DNA of 64,000 nt from a virus (IMGVR_UViG_3300027842_000015:2099-66098), one strand, 5' to 3'. Counted from the stretch's first letter, positions 10,219 through 18,642 are shown. The notes: generated by a model not told the origin, from the sequence alone. Program-made: numbers and translations.

Positions 10219-11672
10219 TGTTTGATTATGACGCACCCCCGACCATCGCCCGCTTCTGTAAGTGTGAAAAATACGGAAGACTTATTGCAGGACCTGTTGG
10301 TTCTGGAAAAACTACGGGTGTTATTGTTGAACTCCTCAGGCGCGCATGGCAGCAAAAGCCGGGAGACGACGGGCTCAAATACACCCGCTTCGCCGTCACC
10401 CGTCAAACCCTCAAACAGTTGAAAGATACTGTTCTAAAGGACTGCGACACATGGCTGAATGCGAATGGTATCGGGGAATGGAAAGTTTCCGAAAGCTGTT
10501 ATCACATAAATTTCGACAGAGTGCGCTCAGAATGGATATTTCTGCCGTTAGAAGATGCGGCCGATCAGGGCAGATTACTCTCTATGCAGCTTACCGGCGC
10601 ATGGTTGAGCGAATGTATAGAGATGGACATATCGATCTTAGGACCGCTGAGTGGTCGTATCGGGCGTTATCCAAGTGGTACGAAGGGCGCCCCGACGTGG
10701 AATGGAATTGTTGCGGATACGAACATGCCTCCGGAACTGACACCGTGGCACAAGTTCATGGAGGAACCAAGACCTGATTGGGCGATCTTCAAACAACCAT
10801 CGGGGCTAGCCTGGAATGCCGAAAACCTTGACCATCTTCTTCAAACAGAAGAAACTCGCAAACTGCCTATTGGCCATCCTGATCGGATTGCTAGGGGTAG
10901 AGAGTATTATAATAGGATGGTTAGGGATCACGGGATTGATAGTGATTATGTTAAGCGATATGTGAAGGCAGAGTACGGTGATGACCCAACAGGACGAGCA
11001 GTATTCCGTGAGACATTCCGTTCAAACTGGCACGTTGTTGACGATACAAACGTTATACCAGGATACCCTCTTATCGTCGGTCAAGATTTTGGTCGAGACC
11101 CATGGTCGCTCATATGTCAACCTGACCATATGGGAAGACTTATCGTCCATGAAGAAGTACCGGCTGAAAACATCGGATTGGAAAAGCACTGTCAACAAAG
11201 TCTTAGAGGGAGACTTCTCCAAACTAAATACCTTGGTTGTAAAATTGCCCTAGTAGGAGACCCTGCCGGTGTCGCAAAATCAACCCACTCAGAAGAAACT
11301 TCCTTCGATCTCCTGGGAAGACTTGGATTTCCCTGTTTCGCTGCTCCCACAAATGATCTCGACCCCCGTTTACGAGCAGTTGAAAGCTTCCTTGGTCGCC
11401 ACACGAATGGCGGCCCGTCAATGCTTATCAATCGTGAGGGATGCCCCCATCTTATCCGAGCACTGGCGGGCGGTTACCGTTTCGAATTCGCCACCCAAAC
11501 AGGGTTGAGAAAGCCCACCCCGCGCAAAGATGAATATTCCCACGTAGCCGACACGCTACAGTATGTGTGTCTGGCATGCCACGGCGGCATGCTCTACGGA
11601 ATTGCACGAGAATTACAGGGGTCCGGGCGTAGGCAGAAACAATTAACTATGCCGTCAGGTGCATGGACTTAA
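10218..11672 (+). CDS. terL: Terminase large subunit
   Basis: Walker A GPVGSGKT, DTN coupling motif, nuclease GQDFG, GDPAG, SHVADTLQY. Confidence 0.92.
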   Translation: MFDYDAPPTIARFCKCEKYGRLIAGPVGSGKTTGVIVELLRRAWQQKPGDDGLKYTRFAVTRQTLKQLKDTVLKDCDTWLNANGIGEWKVSESCYHINFDRVRSEWIFLPLEDAADQGRLLSMQLTGAWLSECIEMDISILGPLSGRIGRYPSGTKGAPTWNGIVADTNMPPELTPWHKFMEEPRPDWAIFKQPSGLAWNAENLDHLLQTEETRKLPIGHPDRIARGREYYNRMVRDHGIDSDYVKRYVKAEYGDDPTGRAVFRETFRSNWHVVDDTNVIPGYPLIVGQDFGRDPWSLICQPDHMGRLIVHEEVPAENIGLEKHCQQSLRGRLLQTKYLGCKIALVGDPAGVAKSTHSEETSFDLLGRLGFPCFAAPTNDLDPRLRAVESFLGRHTNGGPSMLINREGCPHLIRALAGGYRFEFATQTGLRKPTPRKDEYSHVADTLQYVCLACHGGMLYGIARELQGSGRRQKQLTMPSGAWT

Positions 11673-11938
11673 TGCGGTGGCCAGAATTTCACCAAAAAAC
11701 CTGACAATCCTGCCCCAATAATCGCCCCAATCGTGCCATAAACCCCTGAAATTCGCCATTGGGCGCGCTCAACTGTAGTAATGCGCTTTTCCTGACCTAA
11801 AACTGATCTCTTAATTTCAGCTAAGTCTTCTTTAACCGATTTCTCAAACCGGTCCATGCGGTCGGGCAGCGTGGATACGACACCCGCGATCTCGCCAAGT
11901 TGAAATCTGGTATTCTCGCGGTCATTGCGCTCGACCAT
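11669..11938 (-). CDS. Coiled-coil protein with C-terminal transmembrane helix (holin/hemolysin-like)
   Basis: Heptad N-terminus, hydrophobic C-terminus. Confidence 0.5.
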   Translation of the reverse strand: MVERNDRENTRFQLGEIAGVVSTLPDRMDRFEKSVKEDLAEIKRSVLGQEKRITTVERAQWRISGVYGTIGAIIGAGLSGFLVKFWPPH

Positions 11939-11976
11939 GGAACCCTACCTGTTACCTAGACGGTAACATAGGAAGG

Positions 11977-12162
11977 TTAAGCAGGCGTCACTGGTTCTAT
12001 ACGGCAACCAACGTAATAACTAGACCTATCATTATCTATTGTATTTAACATATTACCAGCGGCCTCAAGACACGCTTCAATTGAGGGCATCTCTATTTGA
12101 TCGTTATGCATGATGGCGTTTTCGGACGACAGTTGTAAGAGTACGAGAATTACTTTCCACAT
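11977..12162 (-). CDS. Small hypothetical exported protein
   Basis: RBS AGGAGG; hydrophobic N-terminus; two Cys. Confidence 0.55.
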   Translation of the reverse strand: MWKVILVLLQLSSENAIMHNDQIEMPSIEACLEAAGNMLNTIDNDRSSYYVGCRIEPVTPA

Positions 12163-12355
12163 GGCGTCCTCCTGTGTTGGGCACTGCCCAGTATTCCCAG
12201 ACCCCTAGTTCCCTACGGCGTTGTACTAGATGAACCTCACCTTTTTCATATCGTTTCCATAATCTGGTAGCAGTCATGTCCAGGTGTTTATTCCAATCAA
12301 GCAATCTATCGTACATCAGAAATCCAACATGATAAAGAATTGCATTCTTACGCAT
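12104..12355 (-). CDS. Hypothetical phage protein
   Basis: YHVGFL...GEVHLVQRR pattern; start overlaps upstream stop. Confidence 0.55.
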   Translation of the reverse strand: MRKNAILYHVGFLMYDRLLDWNKHLDMTATRLWKRYEKGEVHLVQRRRELGVWEYWAVPNTGGRHVESNSRTLTTVVRKRHHA

Positions 12356-12866
12356 TGATCAATTCCCAAAGTTTACTTCTGTGCTCTTCGCTCATATCAT
12401 ACCCAATAGAGTGAATTGTATTCATTTTCAACCCCAAAGGGACAAGCTTTTTTCTGAGTTTACAAACCACAACATCGACAATTTTAATATCTGTCTCGTC
12501 GTCCGGATTTCCCCGATTATCTTCAACAGCCATATGAAGCTGCTCTCGCGATGCATGACCCCGCCGCAGAAGCACAAGCAAAATACTGCTCTCCAATTTC
12601 GTGGTCTTCAGTTTACGCGCCATACGCAAAATAGTCTCACGATCATCCTCCTGGATTTTATGAGGGGCCACAGTAGGAGTACGCTGATCTCGGGGAGTAA
12701 GCGGTGGCCAGTCTTCACGGGGCATTTCAATAAGACGCCCGGCATTTAGAGCGTTATTCACTGCCAATCTCAAATCAACAGGATCAGAACGAAAAATACG
12801 CTTGAGGGCTCCTATAGGAACACCTTCGTCAGCGGCTCGCACAATATACTCGCTAAGGTCCAACAT
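12348..12866 (-). CDS. OmpR/CtrA-type winged-helix DNA-binding protein without receiver domain
   Basis: C-terminal DIKIVDVVVCKLRKKL...TIHSIGY resembles CtrA ELKIIDVFICKLRKKL...TVWGRGY. Confidence 0.75.
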   Translation of the reverse strand: MLDLSEYIVRAADEGVPIGALKRIFRSDPVDLRLAVNNALNAGRLIEMPREDWPPLTPRDQRTPTVAPHKIQEDDRETILRMARKLKTTKLESSILLVLLRRGHASREQLHMAVEDNRGNPDDETDIKIVDVVVCKLRKKLVPLGLKMNTIHSIGYDMSEEHRSKLWELINA

Positions 12867-12969
12867 AATAAACTCGGGTGGGTCCGCCACCAACGCCCCC
12901 ACTAGGCAGAGACTACTCGATGCCAGCGCTAGCGACGAACCCAACTCGCTAGACTAGTACGAATAAGTT

Positions 12970-13005
12970 AAAAATCCCCTCCCCGCGGGGAGCAATAGGG
13001 AGGGG
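12970..13005 (-). terminator. Rho-independent terminator
   Basis: CCCCTCCC/GGGAGGGG stem followed by a T run on the minus strand. Confidence 0.55.
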
Positions 13006-13017
13006 CAAGGCAGACCG

Positions 13018-13263
13018 CTATGCGGTCGGAGGCGACTGTTTAACTGGTGAAATAGAGGTCTTATTAGCCTCTTCAAGAGCTATAATCCGGTTCTCCAGAA
13101 CCAAGACATACCCCTTAAGATCGAGAAAGTCATTCTTAGCTACTGAGAACCACCCAGCAACCTCAGTCATGACATACCGGATGCCATGCTTACCTACCTG
13201 CCAGGAGAAGGTAGCCACGCCAAGCAATGCAAATGCACGCAGAGCCCAATCAGCCCAATTCAT
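13018..13263 (-). CDS. Small membrane-anchored hypothetical protein
   Basis: RBS GAGG; N-terminal hydrophobic helix then short coiled coil. Confidence 0.55.
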   Translation of the reverse strand: MNWADWALRAFALLGVATFSWQVGKHGIRYVMTEVAGWFSVAKNDFLDLKGYVLVLENRIIALEEANKTSISPVKQSPPTA

Positions 13264-13694
13264 GGTGTTACCTCTTCCTTTGGCTTGATCTCTTCCAAGA
13301 ATTCAAGCAATGTCTGTTTCGATGCAGATACGTCTACACCCAAACGCTCGCTATCGTCAAGTAGCTTGATGATCTTGGCAACGGTGAATTTGCAATAGGC
13401 TTCTCGAATAACTGGTAGTGCTTCTTGATCCAAAGGGAAAAATTTCTCGCCTGACATTCGCCACCCAAAACTAGCTATCCTTGCACGATCAGACAGATAC
13501 GATTGCAACTGTTCAATCTGCCGGCGCAGCACTTCAATCTTGGTTACCTGTTCGAATGTGATCATAAGTTTACCTTTCCAAGTGATTTTATATTCAGGGT
13601 TTTTAGTCCAAACAATTTCTCGTGCATATATAATACAATTCCATATTTCCCGTACTGTTTCAAAACTGACCTGGATCGAAGCCATGGATTTCAC
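13260..13694 (-). CDS. Hypothetical protein
   Basis: Fills the operon; true start may be 13565. Confidence 0.45.
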   Translation of the reverse strand: MKSMASIQVSFETVREIWNCIIYAREIVWTKNPEYKITWKGKLMITFEQVTKIEVLRRQIEQLQSYLSDRARIASFGWRMSGEKFFPLDQEALPVIREAYCKFTVAKIIKLLDDSERLGVDVSASKQTLLEFLEEIKPKEEVTP

Positions 13695-14037
13695 AAACCT
13701 CTAATGCGTATTTCTTGAATGTGGCATCATGTGACTTCTTGCCTCGATTTATACAGTTGTGACGTTGGTGTACATGTATCATCTCATGCGCCATTGTCAA
13801 CATTAAACTTGCCGTATGGTGATGGTGGGTACCCGAAATATCAAGTATAAATGAACACCTATCCCCTTCGTGTATTGTGCAATGGGTACACCCCATTGTC
13901 TTCCCAGTCCACTTTGCCGGTTTTGTAACTCTAAAAACTATATCCTCTCCGTTAGGCAAATTCCATTTATTAAATGGTTCTGTTTCTGATAAATAATCAT
14001 ACGCTGCACGGATTATCTCGGGAGTAAGCTGCATCAT
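13660..14037 (-). CDS. SprT-like zinc metalloprotease
   Basis: TMAHEMIH (HExxH) and downstream HDATFK. Confidence 0.7.
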   Translation of the reverse strand: MMQLTPEIIRAAYDYLSETEPFNKWNLPNGEDIVFRVTKPAKWTGKTMGCTHCTIHEGDRCSFILDISGTHHHHTASLMLTMAHEMIHVHQRHNCINRGKKSHDATFKKYALEVCEIHGFDPGQF

Positions 14038-14354
14038 AACCTCTGAAGGTGCTTATTCAATAGTCCACTCAATAGCAACGATGCTCCGGGAGACGGTGGC
14101 GCCCAAACATACCTTGGGTATTGATACACATCCTTCTGCTCAGGGTGTGGCGAACGCATGGCGACATAGATCATATCCGGCTTAGGAATACGGTCATGCT
14201 CGATATCGTTGATAAGTTCCCTGAGCACATCTACTGCACTCTGCCATGGTGCCTCCGGAGGCGGCCCAATTGCTGGGACCGCCTTCTTAGGAAAATTCAA
14301 AATCTTCCCACCCTTAAAAACTTCGGGTCCAAGAGGAAGCTTATCATCCGACAT
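14034..14354 (-). CDS. Hypothetical protein
   Basis: RBS AGGAG; stop overlaps next start. Confidence 0.6.
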   Translation of the reverse strand: MSDDKLPLGPEVFKGGKILNFPKKAVPAIGPPPEAPWQSAVDVLRELINDIEHDRIPKPDMIYVAMRSPHPEQKDVYQYPRYVWAPPSPGASLLLSGLLNKHLQRL

Positions 14355-14383
14355 TACGTTCTCCTATGTTACCGTCACGGTAG

Positions 14384-14458
14384 TGGAGACAGGAGTTGGG
14401 ATTGAACCAACAACCAGCGGCTTAACAGACCGCCGCTCTACCACTGAGCTATCCTGTC
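14384..14458 (-). tRNA. trnN: tRNA-Asn(GTT)
   Basis: Cloverleaf with GACAGGA/TCCTGTC acceptor stem, loop CTGTTAA, T-loop GGTTCAATCCC, encoded CCA. Confidence 0.9.
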
Positions 14459-15236
14459 ACAGTCTCCAGAATGCTGCAAGAAGTTCTGATATCAGCCCAC
14501 CGTGCGCCACTGCCGTGGTCGCAACAGGATGATCTGATCCCAACGGTTGCGTGGTGACAGGGTGTGACGGTGGCACTACTACCTGTCCTGGCGTTCCCGC
14601 GAACTGAATACTCTTGTCGAGCAATTGCATTCGCTTTAGGATGGGGGCACATCCTTCCTGCACATCCACTGCGCTAGCGCGGTAAACATGATCAGCCACA
14701 TACTTGCCAGAAACATACTGATCACTACCACTCCAAACATAAGCACTGGGAACACCACGCATAGCATAACCCAGTCCATTGTACTCCTCCAATAGCGTGA
14801 GCGCGCCACCCGGCGTCCAGTCATGCCACAACGCAGCATGCGGTGCGCAGTCGATAAGCGCATCTAGAGCACACCGAAGCCACGCATTATTGAGATTGTT
14901 ATCGCCAGGATGATCAAGAAAAGGCCCACGGCCGGCAGGATCGTGACGGGAGACTTGATTGAGTGGGTCCCCCTGACCAAGCTGCTTATCCCATCGTGGC
15001 GGTCCGCCATATTCTCTCTCCGCAATTACCGCAATCACGAACCACGGCACAGGTTGATATCCAGCAGTCTGCAAGCGAGTAGTAACCGCTTGGAAGCGTG
15101 GTTTATTCTCAAGTGCTGTAAGACGTTTGGCTGCACTATCAAATGATAGAGTGCGCTTCGCGTCCAGCACCATCCGGTCCCACCGTTCCTGGTTCTTTTT
15201 GATCAATGCAGGGATATCGGTCATCGTTCTCTCCAA
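14457..15236 (-). CDS. Endolysin (lysozyme-like family)
   Basis: LEEYNGLGY...PSAYVWSGSDQY...GKYVADH motif of a lysozyme-family protein. Confidence 0.75.
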   Translation of the reverse strand: MERTMTDIPALIKKNQERWDRMVLDAKRTLSFDSAAKRLTALENKPRFQAVTTRLQTAGYQPVPWFVIAVIAEREYGGPPRWDKQLGQGDPLNQVSRHDPAGRGPFLDHPGDNNLNNAWLRCALDALIDCAPHAALWHDWTPGGALTLLEEYNGLGYAMRGVPSAYVWSGSDQYVSGKYVADHVYRASAVDVQEGCAPILKRMQLLDKSIQFAGTPGQVVVPPSHPVTTQPLGSDHPVATTAVAHGGLISELLAAFWRL

Positions 15237-15310
15237 ACTTTCTCAATAGGTACCGGATATACTTTCCGTCTCTGAACAAGTCTTCAAGGTATTCCTCGTA
15301 GGGTGACATA

Positions 15311-15709
15311 TCATCCTCCCGATGGAAGTACGTAGCAGAAGACCGTGTGACCTATCATCCAGACCCATCCATGACCTGTCGGGTTTCGCCGCAAGAAGTT
15401 CAAATCGGTAATGATCCTGTCTTTTGGAATGTGTACACGGGAACCAGTAGGAACTCCAATGCCGCCTTCGGTAATGGTGGCATAGAGTTCCCCATTCTCA
15501 GTCTCAAAGTCATCAGCTTCATATGCATCCGTGTCTTCTGCACAACAACTTTGGATCGAGTGCCAATCACCTGTCGGATCGCTCCCTGGCCTACGTGCAT
15601 CCTCGAACCACTTCTGACGTTCAGGCGAAGACTGCGCCCACTTGCTGGGGTTACCTGCATACGCAAAAGTAGACAGAAGCAGGCAGGTTGTCAATATGAC
15701 GCTACGCAT
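15311..15709 (-). CDS. Secreted Cys-containing hypothetical protein
   Basis: Signal peptide ending AYA; SCC motif and C-terminal FCY. Confidence 0.6.
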   Translation of the reverse strand: MRSVILTTCLLLSTFAYAGNPSKWAQSSPERQKWFEDARRPGSDPTGDWHSIQSCCAEDTDAYEADDFETENGELYATITEGGIGVPTGSRVHIPKDRIITDLNFLRRNPTGHGWVWMIGHTVFCYVLPSGG

Positions 15710-15825
15710 TAGGTCACCTATGGTCGTGGTTCACCTTAATAAAGATGTTTCGAGAGAAACTTGTCCACTCTTAGCCAGAAGCTAAACCATATTTGTTTCA
15801 ATTTCTCAAACATAACCTTCTCCTG

Positions 15826-15902
15826 TGATCAGGGTGGCAGGATTTGAACCTACGACTGCATGGTTCCAGGCCATGCTCTCTACCGGGCTGAGTTACACCC
15901 TG
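15826..15902 (-). tRNA. trnP: tRNA-Pro(TGG), atypical loop
   Basis: CAGGGTG/CACCCTG acceptor stem, A73, anticodon loop CCTGGAA, GGTTCAAATCC T-arm; 3' end TCA rather than CCA. Confidence 0.85.
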
Positions 15903-15908
15903 TTTTAG

Positions 15909-16151
15909 TTACTTAGCATGAACGACGACACGGTGCAACTTGAATTTCTTCCAGTAGTCTGTCACCTCAGTGAGGAACCCGGCAAGGTATTTATGGGGGA
16001 CCTTGTACTCTCTATCCCTGATACCATCAGGGAAACCATATCCAGACCCTGTAAACTTTCCATAATGCTGATAAGCAACAGCATCTATTACCTTGTCAGT
16101 TTTGTCAACCTGTTTGTCGGAGTGGTGATAATATTCAACACAAACTCGCAT
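15909..16151 (-). CDS. Hypothetical protein
   Basis: RBS GGGAG; lies between tRNAs. Confidence 0.55.
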   Translation of the reverse strand: MRVCVEYYHHSDKQVDKTDKVIDAVAYQHYGKFTGSGYGFPDGIRDREYKVPHKYLAGFLTEVTDYWKKFKLHRVVVHAK

Positions 16152-16320
16152 GGGGGTCTCCCGGTCTGGGCGTTGACTATCGGTATTGGGGGCACTGGTG
16201 ATGTTGTTACCTTTGATCGGATCATACCCGAACCAGTGCCCCCTGACCGTGCCCTACTGCCTTAACAGGGGGTGACACGGTTTGCGAGATTTTTGCTGAA
16301 GCTCTCGCGGGCATAGGATG

Positions 16321-16349
16321 TGTCTAGCATGAAATGGATAAGGCGTCAA
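16321..16349 (-). promoter_or_regulatory. Sigma70-type promoter
   Basis: TTGACG-17 nt-TAGACA on the minus strand. Confidence 0.5.
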
Positions 16350-16351
16350 GC

Positions 16352-16426
16352 TGGAAGCGGAGGCGGGATTTGAACCCGCGGCCTTGTGCTTATGAGGCAC
16401 ACGAGCTACCACTGCTCTACTCCGCA
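16352..16426 (-). tRNA. trnM: tRNA-Met(CAT), initiator-like body
   Basis: TGCGGAG/CTCCGCT acceptor stem with 1:72 mismatch, loop CTCATAA, encoded CCA. Confidence 0.88.
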
Positions 16427-16550
16427 CTTAGACCGTGATACCGTTTACAGGTTAAAATAACCTTAAGGCTTCGATTTTTTACCAAATATATTTCCGAAAG
16501 GGGTCTTCGCGCGTAGACGGTGCCACCCTCGGACAGGGTAGCGGGGGGCA

Positions 16551-16584
16551 AAAGAAAACCCGCCGCGGCCGGAGCCGGGCGGGT
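16551..16584 (-). terminator. Rho-independent terminator
   Basis: ACCCGCC-CGGC/GCCG-GGCGGGT stem followed by TTTCTTT on the minus strand. Confidence 0.7.
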
Positions 16585-16670
16585 CGGACGGTGTCACCCG
16601 TACCTATATCGCAGATATTCCCATCTCCAAAGCCTGAGGCGTCTCCACCGTCTCAGGCGTCTAGTGCGGC

Positions 16671-16892
16671 TCACGCCTTGACCACGTTGAGGCTGAACTT
16701 GACCGGGCCTTGGACGATGAAGCCTCCGGTTGTGGCCACGAGAGACGGTGGCACCGTGTCCGCAGCCAAGCCCTTGGCGGCCGCCTTGGCAAGGGCAGAC
16801 TTGCTCTGCGTGGCACCCTTAAGCGCCTTCTCACTAACATCGATAACGATGCACAGCTTGTTCCCGTCAACGATTTCGGCCTTGTAGGACAT
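16671..16892 (-). CDS. Small hypothetical early protein
   Basis: MSYKAEIVDGNK with RBS GGGAG; GC3-rich host-like codon usage. Confidence 0.7.
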   Translation of the reverse strand: MSYKAEIVDGNKLCIVIDVSEKALKGATQSKSALAKAAAKGLAADTVPPSLVATTGGFIVQGPVKFSLNVVKA

Positions 16893-16938
16893 TGTGGACT
16901 CCCGTTGTGTTGTGGGCGGCGGGCTGCCGGCCCGACAC

Positions 16939-16963
16939 CACTGGCGAGTTGGCGTTTGGTTAA
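16939..16963 (-). repeat. 25-bp element, inverted copy of 18016-18040
   Basis: Minus strand TTAACCAAACGCCAACTCGCCAGTG; 23/25 identical to the other copy. Confidence 0.85.
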
Positions 16964-17081
16964 TGGCCATTAACGGTTGCGGTCGAACGGTGGCAATATA
17001 GAACATATCATGATTATTGCGGTAGGCAAAAGGTTGTGGTCTCAATTAGACATAATTGACCGGTTGTAAAAACGCGATGGA

Positions 17082-17385
17082 TAATTATTCCGACCGTTGA
17101 TTTTGCTACCGTTTCACCTTAATTGTATAATTTGCTAGTGTTTTTGAAATTACACCCTTAGTGCATGTGTTCGTACCACTTGGTGATGGCGTTGGGTAAG
17201 GTTTTATTACTGCAAGTCTAAAGACTATGGGACGAAAAATCCAAATATATAGAAATTAATAAATCCCTAACCAACGTCATCACCAAGTGGTACGAACAAC
17301 AGTGTATAGGTGTTTAAAATGAAAAACACTAGCAAATTATACAATTGGCCAAAAAGGTGAAACGGTTCAACGGTCCGAATAATTA
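17082..17385. repeat. Long segmented inverted repeat (four paired blocks)
   Basis: 17082-17100/17367-17385 (18/19), 17108-17120/17354-17366 (13/13), 17121-17145/17322-17346 (25/25), 17168-17195/17271-17298 (27/28). Confidence 0.92.
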
Positions 17386-17437
17386 CGCACCTCTTTTGTT
17401 CTCACACGCTAATTGAACAGCCAACGATACAATTAGG

Positions 17438-17466
17438 TTGACAACGCGATATGGCTCTGATATATA
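17438..17466 (+). promoter_or_regulatory. Sigma70-type early promoter
   Basis: TTGACA-17 nt-TATATA upstream of the rightward early genes. Confidence 0.65.
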
Positions 17467-17501
17467 GCGGTCTCCATCACCTAAATCCTGATGGTTAACT
17501 T

Positions 17502-18005
17502 ATGGAGATTAAAATGCCTGCAAGTGCTCTTAGACCACGTTTAACCGATGAATGGACTATACCAGCAGAAGCTTTGCGCAATCGTATTGATAGATGTTTG
17601 CGTAAACTTGTACCATATAGAGAGTTAGTTTATGATCATTCCACGTGCGGCTTTTTTGTACGTATCATAAGTAAAGATGCACAACATATGACAAGACAAG
17701 GACCATACTTATTTGAACACTTCGCTGGGCTCGCGCGTATGCTTGGCTTGTTCCATTTGAGTAATGGTGTTGACTTGCCACCTGTGACGGTTATAAGTCG
17801 CCAAGGCAAAGAGTATCCGGAGAAGCCGCTGCCAGCCCTGCTACAATTCAACGTTGTAACGCAAGCATATGCGGATATGGCAAGGCAATTGCAGGCGAGT
17901 GGCTTGTACACGGTGACACCTGTTACCGATGCGGTAACACAGGAAGAACTAATAGATTTCGATGATCTAACTCCAGAGCAACAACGCGCGTTACGGGGTT
18001 TTTAG
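17502..18005 (+). CDS. Hypothetical early protein
   Basis: First ORF after the promoter; probable start at ATG 17514 (RBS GGAG). Confidence 0.6.
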   Translation: MEIKMPASALRPRLTDEWTIPAEALRNRIDRCLRKLVPYRELVYDHSTCGFFVRIISKDAQHMTRQGPYLFEHFAGLARMLGLFHLSNGVDLPPVTVISRQGKEYPEKPLPALLQFNVVTQAYADMARQLQASGLYTVTPVTDAVTQEELIDFDDLTPEQQRALRGF

Positions 18006-18015
18006 GTACGGGGCG

Positions 18016-18040
18016 TTAACCAAACGCCAACCGGCCAGTG
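18016..18040 (+). repeat. 25-bp element, inverted copy of 16939-16963
   Basis: TTAACCAAACGCCAACCGGCCAGTG. Confidence 0.85.
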
Positions 18041-18081
18041 ATACGGGCGCCGCGCCGCGGCCCCGAATTTTACCTTGTGCA

Positions 18082-18276
18082 ATGGAGGAAGACATGGCAA
18101 AGGAAATCGCGTTGGTCGAGCAGAATGAAATGGTGGCACGGTTTGACGCTCTTAGGACGCGCATTGGACACGGGCCTACTGGTGAAGCTGAGGCTATCCG
18201 TGAGCGACTTGACGCGCGCCTGTTGGCGCATATAGAGTTTCGTGCCGCTGAATTGATTGACGCGGTGCTGGCGTAA
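18082..18276 (+). CDS. Small hypothetical early protein
   Basis: RBS GGAGG before the internal ATG (MAKEIA). Confidence 0.6.
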   Translation: MEEDMAKEIALVEQNEMVARFDALRTRIGHGPTGEAEAIRERLDARLLAHIEFRAAELIDAVLA

Positions 18277-18642
18277 AAAACGCCAGGGCAGGGGAGTGAA
18301 GCTGAGGGTGTAGCCCACCTAAGCCTCCCCTGCTTCCACCAATTCAACGGGAGATCACCATGTACACTGATCGCAATTTTAAGACCAACGTTATGACTGT
18401 CAACGGTATGCGTATATGCACGGTATCACGGTGGAAATGGTGGTACCGTGCACTCGTCGCCTCTATACACATTGAACTAGGGAGACTGACATGAATACCT
18501 CGATAACACCACGTGAGTGGTGCCAAGCGAACCGCCAATGGAAGCGGATTGACAATATCGACCATGCCAAATTCCAGCTTAGCAGGCCATCCAGCAACAA
18601 GGTGTTCTGGACTAGCGTACTGGAACTTCTAGGAGCGCAGTA

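Noticed and set aside
16430-16670. Possible physical genome end or attP next to the tRNAs
   Set aside because: No terminal repeat, integrase or duplicated tRNA 3' end visible; needs read data
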